Below are positions 38,921 through 51,001 of a stretch of DNA of 64,000 nt, in pieces (positions within the stretch are counted from its first letter, which is position 1; each line of letters starts with the position of its first letter). The position numbers and the translations under genes were made by a program. The notes beneath the pieces were generated by a model. That model was not told the origin of the DNA. It searched no databases and saw only the letters and a program-made list of their open reading frames with translations. Source of the DNA: Macrostomum lignano (taxonomy: Eukaryota); NCBI GenBank assembly GCA_002269645.1, contig NIVC01001014.1, positions 284,565 to 348,564 on the forward strand, in the 5' to 3' direction.

Positions 38921-39679
38921 AGTAGACAGATCTCGTTCAAAGCGGTTGCCTTTTCAAAATGTCCCTCATGCAGGGCCCACCAGAAGCAGAAAAAATGCCC
39001 CTATCCTTTCAAGTAAATTGCCTGGCTTTCAGTGATGCCTCCAATCAAGACGCGGCTGCTGGATTCACATGAAGCTGCAAAAGACCGGCTAGAAAAAAAC
39101 AAAAATATAAATTAATTGAAGCCGGGCAATGCTCATCGAAGTGGAACGCGAGGACAGAAGCAAAAAAACATTTTAAAAATCGCGCGTGCTCAGATGCAGC
39201 TCCACGGGAGGCTGAGGTCGGCCCATAAATTTTGCAGATCCTATCGGTGTGTTTCTGTGCGGCTTCCCAAGAGACGTTTCTTGGGCGTGGGTCTTCTCTC
39301 CGAGTATGTTTGTTAAACATTCGAAGATGGGAGATAAAAAATTAAGCAAAATTCTTACTTCGCGTCTCACATCGCGAATAAAAATGCTTTAATTTTCGAT
39401 TTTTATGTCGAAATTTAATTTGAAATCTGTTTACGCACAATGTATATGCACTTCGGGTTTGTTGTCCACAATGTGTCCGGGGAAGGCTGGGTAAGTGCAC
39501 TTGGTCCTTTTTAGTTATATTTTTATCCTTAGGAGAGGTCATGAGGGTCAGATGCCCTCCCTCTGACATTTGAGATTCACTGCTTTGCTAGCAATATGGT
39601 ACCATTCAGGAGAGGTCAAAGGGGTCATATGCCCTCTTATTGATATTGTAGGAGGTCATGTTCTCTAAAAAAATCCTAA

Positions 39680-41480
39680 TCATGCATTTAAACACCTGAG
39701 CTCTTATTCTGAATCATGCATTTAAACATCTGAGCTCTTATTCTGAATCATGCATTTAAACACCTGAGCTATTATTCTGAATCATGCATTTAAACACCTG
39801 AGCTCTTATTCTGAATCATGCATTTAAACACCTGAGCTATTATTCTGAATCATGCATTTAAACACCTGAGCTCTTATTCTGAATCATGCATTTAAACACC
39901 TGAGCTCTTATTCTGAATCATGCATTTAAACACCTGAGCTCTTATTCTGAATCATGCATTTAAACACCTGAGCTATTATTCTGAATCATGCATTTAAACA
40001 CCTGAGCTCTTATTCTGAATCATGCATTTAAACACCTGAGCTCTTATTCTGAATCATGCATTTAAACACCTGAGCTCTTATTCTGAATCATGCATTTAAA
40101 CACCTGAGCTATTATTCTGAATCATGCATTTAAACACCTGAGCTCTTATTCTGAATCATGCATTTAAACACCTGAGCTCTTATTCTGAATCATGCATTTA
40201 AACACCTGAGCTATTATTCTGAATCATGCATTTAAACACCTGAGCTCTTATTCTGAATCATGCATTTAAACACCTGAGCTATTATTCTGAATCATGCATT
40301 TAAACACCTGAGCTATTATTCTGAATCATGCATTTAAACACCTGAGCTATTATTCTGAATCATGCATTTAAACACCTGAGCTCTTATTCTGAATCATGCA
40401 TTTAAACACCTGAGCTCTTATTCTGAATCATGCATTTAAACACCTGAGCTATTATTCTGAATCATGCATTTAAACACCTGAGCTATTATTCTGAATCATG
40501 CATTTAAACACCTGAGCTCTTATTCTGAATCATGCATTTAAACACCTGAGCTCTTATTCTGAATCATGCATTTAAACACCTGAGCTCTTATTCTGAATCA
40601 TGCATTTAAACACCTGAGCTATTATTCTGAATCATGCATTTAAACACCTGAGCTATTATTCTGAATCATGCATTTAAACACCTGAGCTCTTATTCTGAAT
40701 CATGCATTTAAACACCTGAGCTCTTATTCTGAATCATGCATTTAAACACCTGAGCTATTATTCTGAATCATGCATTTAAACACCTGAGCTCTTATTCTGA
40801 ATCATGCATTTAAACACCTGAGCTATTATTCTGAATCATGCATTTAAACACCTGAGCTATTATTCTGAATCATGCATTTAAACACCTGAGCTATTCTGAA
40901 TCATGCATTTAAACACCTGAGCTATTCTGAATCATGCATTTAAACACCTGAGCTCTTATTCTGAATCATGCATTTAAACACCTGAGCTATTCTGAATCAT
41001 GCATTTAAACACCTGAGCTATTCTGAATCATGCATTTAAACACCTGAGCTCTTATTCTGAATCATGCATTTAAACACCTGAGCTCTTATTCTGAATCATG
41101 CATTTAAACACCTGAGCTATTATTCTGAATCATGCATTTAAACACCTGAGCTCTTATTCTGAATCATGCATTTAAACACCTGAGCTCTTATTCTGAATCA
41201 TGCATTTAAACACCTGAGCTATTATTCTGAATCATGCATTTAAACACCTGAGCTCTTATTCTGAATCATGCATTTAAACACCTGAGCTATTATTCTGAAT
41301 CATGCATTTAAACACCTGAGCTATTATTCTGAATCATGCATTTAAACACCTGAGCTATTCTGAATCATGCATTTAAACACCTGAGCTATTCTGAATCATG
41401 CATTTAAACACCTGAGCTCTTATTCTGAATCATGCATTTAAACACCTGAGCTCTTATTCTGAATCATGCATTTAAACAAC
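39680..41480. repeat. 34-bp satellite (TATTCTGAATCATGCATTTAAACACCTGAGCT[C/A]T), ~53 units
   Basis: Highly homogeneous; two single-base variants plus a 31-bp deletion variant; no unique spacers. Confidence 0.97.
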
Positions 41481-41909
41481 TGAGCGCCTATTGGCAGTCT
41501 GAGTTCACACGACCTTGCGTTGCGTCTTATCTTTGCCTCTCCCACCCTAGACGAAGTTTCGTTGCTGAGACTATTTGAATATCGCCTAATAAAACTTATT
41601 AAGCATAACCCCGAAAAGTCTGCTCCAATTCTCTTCAAATAGTGCTGCGCGTATTTGAGGAACCAAGGGACAACACGGAGCAGTCACGATCGGCAAATAT
41701 TCGCATTGCTATGGGATTTAACTGCTCTAAGAATAATATTAGTGTCAAACGCATAAGGAAAAGTCACACACTGGTTTTGATAATTTAGTTTCAAGTCACC
41801 TGACAATTTTTAGAAAGTTCAAAGCTTCGGATCTGAAGTTTGTAAAATTTATCTTTAAAAATACTTCATTGCATCCACTAAGTACGAAATGATAAGGTGT
41901 CACCTAAGA

Positions 41910-42630
41910 TGTGTCCACTAATAAACGGGTTGATTCAAGGTTGTGTCCACTTGTGATCAGGTTGATTCAAGGTTGTGTCCACTGGTGATCAGGTTGATTT
42001 AAGGTTGTGTCCACTGGTGATCAGGTTGATTTAAGGTTGTGTCCACTGGTGATCAGGTTGATTTAAGGTTGTGTCCACTGGTGATCAGGTTGATTCAAGG
42101 TTGTGTCCACTGGTGATCAGGTTGATTTAAGGTTGTGTCCACTGGTGATCAGGTTGATTTAAGGTTGTGTCCACTGGTGATCAGGTTGATTTAAGGTTGT
42201 GTCCGCTGGTGATCTGGTTGGTTCAAGGTTGTGTCCGCTGGTGATCTGGTTGGTTCAAGGTTGTGTCCACTGGTGATCAGGTTGATTTAAGGTTGTGTCC
42301 GCTGGTGATCTGGTTGATTTAAGGTTGTGTCCACTGGTGATCAGGTTGATTTAAGGTTGTGTCCACTGGTGATCAGGTTGATTTAAGGTTGTGTCCACTG
42401 GTGATCAGGTTGATTCAAGGTTGTGTCCACTGGTGATCAGGTTGATTTAAGGTTGTGTCCACTGGTGATCAGGTTGATTTAAGGTTGTGTCCGCTGGTGA
42501 TCTGGTTGGTTCAAGGTTGTGTCCGCTGGTGATCTGGTTGGTTCAAGGTTGTGTCCACTGGTGATCAGGTTGATTTAAGGTTGTGTCCGCTGGTGATCTG
42601 GTTGATTCAAGCTCAAGGTTGTGTCCGCTG
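41910..42630. repeat. 32-bp minisatellite (GGTTGTGTCCACTGGTGATCAGGTTGATTTAA)
   Basis: About 22 units with a duplicated run of variants. Confidence 0.95.
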
Positions 42631-42833
42631 TTGAACGGGGTGTTTCAGAATTGTGTTCGTTGACGCAATGAAATGGTAAAAGTTCTAAATAGCCAAAAAT
42701 ATTAATTTGCAAGAGCCATTTTATTTATACGATTTGCGCAGATTACAAAAACGATCAACTTTGAACTGCACAAAAAATTCAGTCCTCACTAATCCCAGAC
42801 AGTTGACTCAGTCACTCCGTGCTCCATGCCAGC

Positions 42834-43112
42834 TCACTGCTCACCCGAGATGGACACTGCAGCAATACGTCCAAACAGTTCCTTGTCGGGCTTGAGCAGC
42901 AACAGTTTCTCTTCGTGCGAGAACAATCTGGTGTCGTTAACAACTTCGTTTAATGCCCGTCTGAGTTGGTTGATGCGTCTGCGCAGATTTGATACCAGCA
43001 CAGCGTAGCAGAACCCGGCTACGAGACGGAACAGCAGAAGAAGAGCTATCAGCCAAGTGAGCGCCTTGGCCAGCACAGACACCAGAGTGACTAATTGCAT
43101 AGGTAGCATCAT
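42834..43112 (-). CDS. Possible small single-pass membrane protein (92 aa) or first exon
   Basis: Long hydrophobic N-terminal half, then basic NLRRRINQLRRAL helix; possible GTGAGC donor near the end. No family recognised. Confidence 0.3.
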   Translation of the reverse strand: MMLPMQLVTLVSVLAKALTWLIALLLLFRLVAGFCYAVLVSNLRRRINQLRRALNEVVNDTRLFSHEEKLLLLKPDKELFGRIAAVSISGEQ

Positions 43113-43205
43113 ATATAGCTTTTTATATAGGCTTGAGTTTCTTCTCTCTGCTGTTCTATTGCAATTTCGGGGCTGCAGCTTGCAACGTTTTTACCATAGA
43201 CAACT

Positions 43206-43556
43206 CAGGGGGCCGTAGCCCAGCGGTAGCGCAGCTGCTCCGGTGTGCCAGCGACCCAGGCTCGATTCCAAGTGCAGTCACATTAATTTGGGGCTGAATT
43301 GGAATCTCGGCTTGGCTCTGCTCGTGCAATTAGCGGCCTTGAGAGCCAACCCCCCCCCAAGGCGCAGTGAAGTGTACATCCCTAACGATAATATAAAGTT
43401 AAGGCCGCTATGCACTCCTGTGTGAGTGTGTGCGCGCTTGTATGCCTGCTCAGGGGAGTCGGCGGAATGGGCAGTAATGCCTCTCGCCGGTTGTGTGCCT
43501 ATGTCGCTTAAAGTGCGCCAGGGTGCACACAACCCCCCTGCCTCTAATAAAAAAAA
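43206..43556 (+). mobile_element. tRNA-derived SINE, copy 1
   Basis: tRNA-like head GGGGCCGTAGCCCAGCGG...GGCTCGATTCC (A and B boxes), AATAAAAAAAA tail, 14-bp TSD TACCATAGACAACT (43192-43205, 43557-43570); second copy at 57475. Confidence 0.9.
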
Positions 43557-43854
43557 TACCATAGACAACTAAGGAATCTTCAGTATATAGCCAATCGATG
43601 CGAACGGGAGCTTCACAGGGCAAAATTACATATTGGCTTTATAATGCGCATTCTATGGTCAGAATAATGGTCTCGAGGCGAGCAAAGCAAAAGCTCGTTA
43701 ACAAAACATTATTGATCTTAGAGAGAATTGTCCTGCGATTTACACCAATCAATGCAAATCTCCAAGGCACAGAGAGTGTACATGCCTGAAAATTAGAAAG
43801 TTATTACCCTGTGTGAGCGTGTGTATGAGTGCGTTCCTGCGTACAGTATAAGAC

Positions 43855-44529
43855 AGCACCACCATCAGACAGCCACCCCATCAGACAGCCACCCCCATCA
43901 GACAGCCATCCCCACCAGACAGCCACCCCATCAGCCAGCCACCCCATCAGACAGCCACCCCATCAGACAGCCACCCCATCAGACAGCCACCCCATCAGCC
44001 AGCCACCCCATCAGACAGTCACCCCATCAGACAGCCACCCCATCAGACAGCCACCCCATCAGACAGCCACCCCATCAGACAGCCACCCCCAGACAGCCAC
44101 CCCATCAGACAACCACCCCCACCAGACAGCCACCCCATCAGCCAGCCACCCCATCAGACAGCCACCCCATCAGACAGCCACCCCATCAGACAGCCACCCC
44201 ATCAGACAACCACCCCCACCAGACAGCCACCCCATCAGCCAGCCACCCCATCAGACAGCCACCCCATCAGACAGGCACCCCATCAGACAGGCACCCCATC
44301 AGACAGGCACCCCATCAGACAGCCACCCCATCAGACAGCCACCCCCCAGACAGCCACCCCATCAGACAACCACCCCCACCAGACAGCCACCCCCACCAGA
44401 CAGCCATCCCCACCAGCAGACAGCCACTCCATCAGACAGCCACCCCATCAGACAGCCACCCCCATCAGCCAGCCACCCCCATCAGACAGCCATCCCCACC
44501 AGACAGCCACCCCATCAGACAGCCACCCC
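43855..44529. repeat. 16-bp minisatellite (ATCAGACAGCCACCCC) abutting the LINE 3' end
   Basis: About 42 units. Confidence 0.95.
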
Positions 44530-47108
44530 TTTGACTTACTTGACTTAGCTGCAGGGCAGTCCGAAGACGCAGCGGGGAGGCGAGAGTCGCCCATTCCGCT
44601 AAACCCTGGTGACCCGCTTCGGCAATGGTGCGGGGCCAGTCAGGGCGGTCCGCCAGTACGTCCTGCAGCGTTCTCTTCGTTTAGGAAGAAAGAGGCTCGT
44701 CTAGTTGCCCGAAGGAACCGGACGAGCCGTGAGATGTTCTCAGGTCTACAAAAGTCATCGATAGATGGGTTTGGACCGAGGTGGTTAAGCCGCTCCCTGG
44801 TGAAGAACGGGCATTGACAAACGAAATGCTGAGCATCTTCGTTGTCGTACTCGCAAAATGGGCACAGTTCATTCCGGATGTCGCCCCGGAGAAAGCAGTG
44901 CCTAGCGAAGCAACCATGCCCCGTGAGGGTCATAGCAAGAGCCCGGATGTCCTTCCTGCTTTGGTTCAGGAGGACAGTTCGGAGCTTTCGGGATGGACAA
45001 GGGACCGCCGCGCGCGATTGGCGGCAGGTGGTCAGGTTCATCCATCTGTCCCTGTGCAGGGCGGAGGCCCAGGCATCAATGCTGCGATTGATGATGGCCG
45101 CAGGGATTGGAGTCAAGGGCAGAGGTCCCTGAAGGGAGTCGCCGCTCCCTTGCTTTGCTAGCGAATCGGCCAGCTCGTTTCCAGGGAAACCCGCGTGGCC
45201 TGGGATCCATTTGAGCTGGACAGAATTTTTGCGTCCCAGCGTATTGAGCATCCGGACGCAGTCAGAGACCGACCGGGAGGCCGTAGTGGTGTGACAGAGG
45301 GCTAGCAGAGCCGCCTGGCTGTCGAAGTGAAAAACGATAGTTTTACCGGAGGTGTTTTTGCTGCAAAGCTCTGCAGCGCAAGAGCTAATAGCAAGGACCT
45401 CGTTCTGGAAGACAGTAGAGAGTCTTCCAGTGTGCTGGGCACGCGGCCATTGATGAGAATGCAGACCCCAAAGCCGGAGAGACAGCCTTTTAGGGATCCG
45501 TCTGTGTAGCAGTGGACCTCCTGCGGATTCCAGTGGTCGTTAGCCTCCTCTCGAGGAGGAAGAATGACCTTGAATCGAAGACAGAGGTTGAGCGTGCGAG
45601 GTTCCCCGTCCGAAAGGACGTTGAGGCCGCCACTCTCCTGCAGATCTTTGAGACAGAGGTCGGAATGATGCAAAAGCTTGCGCTTAGCCATTGCCCTATG
45701 GGGCTTGAGAGTAATGCCGGTGTCGATGAGACGCTGGGCTGCTGGCTGCCTCACTGCGGACGAAAATGTCCAGTGGAGGCAAATCGAGGAAGGCGTTGAG
45801 GCTGTCGAAGGGAGCAGAGGGCGGGGCGCCCATTATCATTCGACATGAACGCCCCTGCACTCGTTTAAGAGCCTCGAAGCAGGTCTTAATCTGCAGGGCA
45901 CTCGCCCAGATCAGTCCGGCATAGGAGATCGCCGGCCTGACCATAGCAGTGTAGATCCACCAGAGGCGTTTGGGGGTAAGGCCCCAAGTAGTGCCAACCG
46001 CCCTGCGCAGTTGCGCCAGGATCGCGAAGGCCTTTTTAGTCTTGGCATGAACATGCGGGGACCAGTTCAGCCTGTGATCAAGGGTGACCCCAAGACACTT
46101 GACTTGCTTACGGAAGGGGATTTCCTGTCCGTAGAGCGTGAGATGGCGGGATTGCCACTTCGTCCTGCTGGTGAACATGACCACAGCGGTCTTAGTCCCG
46201 GAGAGCTTCAGACCGCATCGGTCCGCCCAACGTTCAGCAGTGTTGATGAAGTTCTGAAGGAGATCACGCAGGGTGTCCGGCGATGGCTCAGAGGCTACCG
46301 CCGTGACATCGTCCGCATAACCGACCTTCAGAATAGGGTTAGGACAGGCGTCCCGTAGGAGCTCGTCGATAACCATGTTCCAGAGAATTGGAGAGAGGAC
46401 ACCACCCTGCGGACAGCCTTTGCAGACAGGAACCGTCCGTTCATGACCTAGCAGGTGTGCCGTAGCAGATCTGTGGCTAATCATGTACATTATCCATCGC
46501 GTGAGATGAGAATGTGTCATTCTCGTTTGTAGAGCCCTTCGAAACGCATCGAAAAGGACGTTGTCAAAGGCTCCCACGATATCCAGGAAGACCGCTAGGG
46601 CATAGCCGTTGCCAAGCACAGCTTTCTCCAGCGTGTCCCGCCCGAAAAGCATGCTGGTTTTTGCTAAGCGGCATGTTCTTTAGTTCCACGGACTGCAGGC
46701 GCCAGAGCACCAGCAGTTCCATCAGTTTGACCATCGAGGAGGTCAAGCTGATTGGTCTAAAGGATTCAACAGAATGGTAGTCCGGGCGGCCGGGCTTAGG
46801 AATGAAAATCACCCTCGCCTCAGTCCACGGCTTCGGGACATAACCAAACGTAATGCAGGCTTTAAGAAGCTTGCACAGGTGCGTAAGGAACCTCTTGCAT
46901 TGGACCGCCTCTCTGATTAGGGCTGGTACAATGCCGTCGGGTCCAGGCGCCTTGTAAGGCTTGAAGGAGTTTGCAGCTTTGATGATGCGCTCCTTCGTGA
47001 TAAAGGAGGAGGCAAGAAACGAACCGCCTTCGGCATGGTCCGAAGGGTCATTTGTGAGAGCCTCGTTGGGGAAGGAGGCTGAAAGCATAAGCTCTAGCGT
47101 CTCCCCAG
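44530..47108 (-). mobile_element. 5'-truncated non-LTR retrotransposon with RT, RNase H and C-terminal CCHC (Loa/R1/I-group-like), frameshifted
   Basis: KAPGPDGI, RPISL, NQHAFRAG, FLDIVGAFD, GCPQGGVLSP, YADD; RNase H YTDGS and WIPGH...GNELADSLAK; CPFC...HFVCQC. At least three frameshifts; (AAGTC)-type tail; 9-bp TSD AGCCACCCC (44521-44529, 47109-47117). No endonuclease or ORF1. Confidence 0.93.
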
Positions 47109-47424
47109 AGCCACCCCACAAGATAGCACCCATTAAAACAAAAGCAAAGTTTTGATTCTAAGCACATATATTATGACCAAAAGTGCATAGTTTCTTTACG
47201 AGTAATTGGTAATTAATATTTGTTTCAGTAAAACTCATTTCTAGAGATATATTTCCAAAACAAAATGCCTATCATTTAAGCGTTGAAGCAAAGAAAGTGA
47301 TGTAATAATAAGAGTAATAAGAGTAATGAAATCCCCTAAATAAATAAGTCTATTTCTGCAAGCGCACCTGCAGCAACTCTATAGGTATAAGTTAGTAAAT
47401 AACGGAATTAATAATTTACTATGG

Positions 47425-49024
47425 CTAATATACGTCGTTACAGAAGTCGGTTTTGCAGCGAATGCAACTGGAAAAAGTGCAGGTTGGACATTTCGGCTCG
47501 CAGTCGCCGCAGCCAGCGCTGACTGTCTGAAAAAAGAATTGAAATTTTGAAATTTGTAGCATTCTACTACTTGTAGTAAAAATGCTAGAAACTTATCTGT
47601 ATATTGTAAGTTACTGAAACATACATGTATAATCATTTTTGTAGCTGATTTTATACATGTACCAAAGATAAGAGAAGTGAGACAGAGAGACTAGAGAGAT
47701 GCCCATTAGAGACAGAGAGATACGTACCCATTAGAGAGACACAGATACCCATTAGAGAGACACAAAGATAATTCAATAGAGAGACGGAGATACCCATTAG
47801 GGAGATAAAGGGATATGCATTAGCGAGACAAAGAGATATACCCATTAGAAAGACAGAGATACCCGAGAGACAGAGAGATACCCATTGGGGAGACAGAGAG
47901 ATACCCATTAGAGAGACAGAGATACCTATTAGAAAGACAGAGAGACCCATTAGATAGACAGAGAAATACCCATTAGAGAGGCGCTCTATCTAATGTTAGA
48001 TTACCCAGCCTTCAATCGTCAGATCAGTACAAAACCCCTGCAGAAGAAGGAGTTCTGTTTTAGCAGAACAAATTTCCTGCTAAGGGAAATTACTCACAGA
48101 GTAGTGCTCCTTCTTGGGATCGAAGAATTGTCCAGAATTCGAATTCGAGGTATGGGTGTAGGTCACCTCGACTTTAACGTGGCATTCGAAAAATTTCCTG
48201 TGACATTCGCCGCGTATAGGCATGGCAGAGGTTGGCCAAATGCCCTGCCGCTTGTAATAGACGCATTTTATCGCCTTAGTCGGCTGCTCTGCGGGCGCGG
48301 GTTCGAGTTCGAGTTTCCTCTTCACTACACTCTACTCCTCCCAGCTACACTCTACTCCTCCTAACTACACTCTACTCCTCCCAACTACACTCTACTCCTA
48401 CCAGCTACACTCTACTCCTCCCAACTACACTGTACTCCTGCCAACTACACTCTACTCCTCCCAACTACACTCTACTCCTCCCAACTACACTCTACTCCTC
48501 CCAACTACACTCTACTCCTCCCAGCTACACTCTACTCCTCCCAACTACACTCTACTCCTCCCAACTACACTCTACTCCTGCCAACTACACTCTACTCCTG
48601 CCAACTACACTCTACTCCTGCCAACTACACTCTACTCCCCCCAGCTACAGTCTACTCCTCTTAACTACACTCTACTCCTCCCAACTACACTCTACTCCTA
48701 CCAGCTACACTCTACTCCTCCCAACTACACTCTACTCCTCCCAACTACACTCTACTCCTACCAGCTACACTCTACTCCTCCCAACTACACTCTACTCCTC
48801 CCAACTACACTCTACTCCTGCCAACTACACTCTACTCCCCCCAGCTACAGTCTACTCCTCTTAACTACACTCTACTCCTCCCAACTGCACCCTTACTTTC
48901 CTCTCAACCACACTCTACTACTCTCAACTATATTTTACTCAAAGCAACTTTAATAATATTCATACTTACGATTGAACAGTAAAAATAATACAGTTATCAC
49001 AACCGTAAACGCTGGTCTGGGCAT
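47425..49024 (-). CDS. Secreted 10-Cys Ly6/uPAR (three-finger)-like protein; exons 49024-48970, 48324-48098, 47526-47425; 127 aa
   Basis: Signal-peptide exon MPRPAFTVVITVLFLLFN with GTAAGT donor (phase 1); exon 2 ...KAIKCVYY...GECHRKFFECHVK... with GTGAGT donor (phase 0); exon 3 TVSAGCGDCEPKCPTCTFSSCIRCKTDFCNDVY-TAG. Ten Cys and the terminal CxxxxCN motif of LU domains. Confidence 0.8.
47650..47985. repeat. ~21-23-bp minisatellite (GAGATACCCATTAGAGAGACA) in intron 2 of the Ly6-like gene
   Basis: Tandem diverged units. Confidence 0.88.
48325..48920. repeat. 20-bp minisatellite (CCAACTACACTCTACTCCTC) filling intron 1 of the Ly6-like gene
   Basis: About 29 units, abutting the splice acceptor. 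Confidence 0.95.
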
Positions 49025-49235
49025 CTGTTGCCAATTAGCTTCTTTTATTAGGCAAAATTTTCTTCTTCCACCCAAGTCAAGATGAAAAGAGCCTTTTCGC
49101 TTTGTTGCTACAAGCTGTAGTTTAACAGCAAAAATGTTAATATTGAGATTTTTTAGACTTTTAGACATTTAGTGTTTTGCAATATTCTATGGTTAAAACC
49201 AAGGTGCTTTATTTTTATCACATCGTATCCTTGGT

Positions 49236-49728
49236 ACTGGCGCCCCTTGGTGCTGGCGCCCCTTGGTGCTGGCGCCCCTTGGTGCTGGCGCCCCTTGGTG
49301 CTGGCGCCCCTTGGTGCTGGCGCCCCTTGGTGCTGGCGCCCCTTGGTGCTGGCGCCCCTTGGTGCTGGCGCCCCTTGGTGCTGGCGCCCCTTGGTGCTGG
49401 CGCCCCTTGGTGCTGGCGCCCCTTGGTGCTGGCGCCCCTTGGTGCTGGCGCCCCTTGGTGCTGGCGCCCCTTGGTGCTGGCGCCCCTTGGTGCTGGCGCC
49501 CCTTGGTGCTGGCGCCCCTTGGTGCTGGCGCCCCTTGGTGCTGGCGCCCCTTGGTGCTGGCGCCCCTTGGTGCTGGCGCCCCTTGGTGCTGGCGCCCCTT
49601 GGTGCTGGCGCCCCTTGGTGCTGGCGCCCCTTGGTGCTGGCGCCCCTTGGTGCTGGCGCCCCTTGGTGCTGGCGCCCCTTGGTGCTGGCGCCCCTTGTTG
49701 CTGGCGCCCCTTGGTGCTTGCGCCCCTT
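49236..49728. repeat. 16-bp GC-rich minisatellite (GGCGCCCCTTGGTGCT), ~30 near-perfect units
   Basis: Direct reading; ~210 bp upstream of the Ly6-like ATG. Confidence 0.97.
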
Positions 49729-51001
49729 GATTAATATTGCATTGCACGACAGGAGTATAATATATATTCAGCCTAGTGACAGTAAGTAAGGGATAATTGC
49801 TACGTCGAATCCCCGATAATTAGAAGTTTTTGTAACTATCATTTTTTACGAATCGGTGATTTTTGATGTACTTTTCACATGACCGAAGCCAAAAGTTAGT
49901 CAGTCAGACAGTCACTGGCACTGCTCAGCAACTTCCTGACTGACAAGGGAGCTTGGAGCATTGTGCAGAGCATGCCAGAGTAAACCCTAATTACATGGTC
50001 GAAAAGAAACGCTCCCTGTCTTGCCCTAACCACGACTAATTCTAAAGTTAGCGAAACAAATATAAAAACGACTTTATACTGCATTAATCGAATTATAAAC
50101 ATTGCGCTTATATCTCGCAAAGAGAGTTTCCAAAAATTCTGGCGGCACAGCACAAGACAAGGCAATAATAAGTCATGGCAAGCAGCAAAAGGAAAAAGGC
50201 ACCCTTGGGCTGCGGCCTAGATGCCTCTTTGGATTGGACCGAGGGCCCGAATCGTGCGCGTGTGCCGTGCGTTTTCTGTCTGTGAGGAGAGGACGGGAGA
50301 GGAGGAAAGGAAAAAAAACTGGGCCGCCTGGCTGCCAGTCAACCCACGGCCCAAGCTTTACTTCAGGTTCAACTGTTCAGGGAGCAGAACACAATCCAGT
50401 CGGCAAAGCCTGTCCAAAAATATTGTGTGTTGTGCAAAAGTTAAAACTCTCCACCTCCTCTCCCTCTCCCCTCAGCATGGATTGGATTGAAACCGGCGCT
50501 TCCCTGGCGCGTATGTACATTCTAGCGGTGGGGAATCACGTGATCAAATTGTACACTAATCCATTGTACAGTGTCAGATAGAGTTTGGAAAAGGGAGAGA
50601 GGGAAAGAGAGAAAAGAGGGGGTGGCGGGGCGCAGTGCTAGCAGGCAACATACACATAACAGATTCTACTTGCCCTTAGTCCACTATCTCACACACGAAC
50701 ACTCCGCCTGCCGACTGAATATATTTTGGCACTGCATTTAAAACACAGAAACTCTTAAATTCATTGGGTTGGCAAAGAAGGCCGCCCCTCGGGCAAGATA
50801 TAATAAATAAAGCGCTTTACTTTTTCAAAGCACATCAAACGAAGTTCTGTGCATTTGTCTGCTTACTCTTCTTTTGTGTTCAGACAAATTTTCGACTAGT
50901 AAGAGTGAAGGAAACGAGAACAGCACTGAAGATTGAAGTTTTAACAATTCTGTCGTTGACTTTAGACATATAGCTTTATTTTAATATTATTAATTATTAC
51001 A

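Noticed and set aside
39680-41480. CRISPR-like regular 34-bp repeats (also 41910-42630)
   Set aside because: Units are contiguous with no unique spacers; no cas genes; eukaryotic context.
44530-44640. HDV-like ribozyme in the LINE 3' UTR (GCGGAATGGG)
   Set aside because: P2/P3 can be drawn, but no P1 partner or P1.1 CC/GG pair exists; a simple stem-loop is more plausible.
47993-48364. 123-aa plus-strand ORF
   Set aside because: Antisense shadow of Ly6-like exon 2; the minus strand has the splice sites and the Cys pattern.
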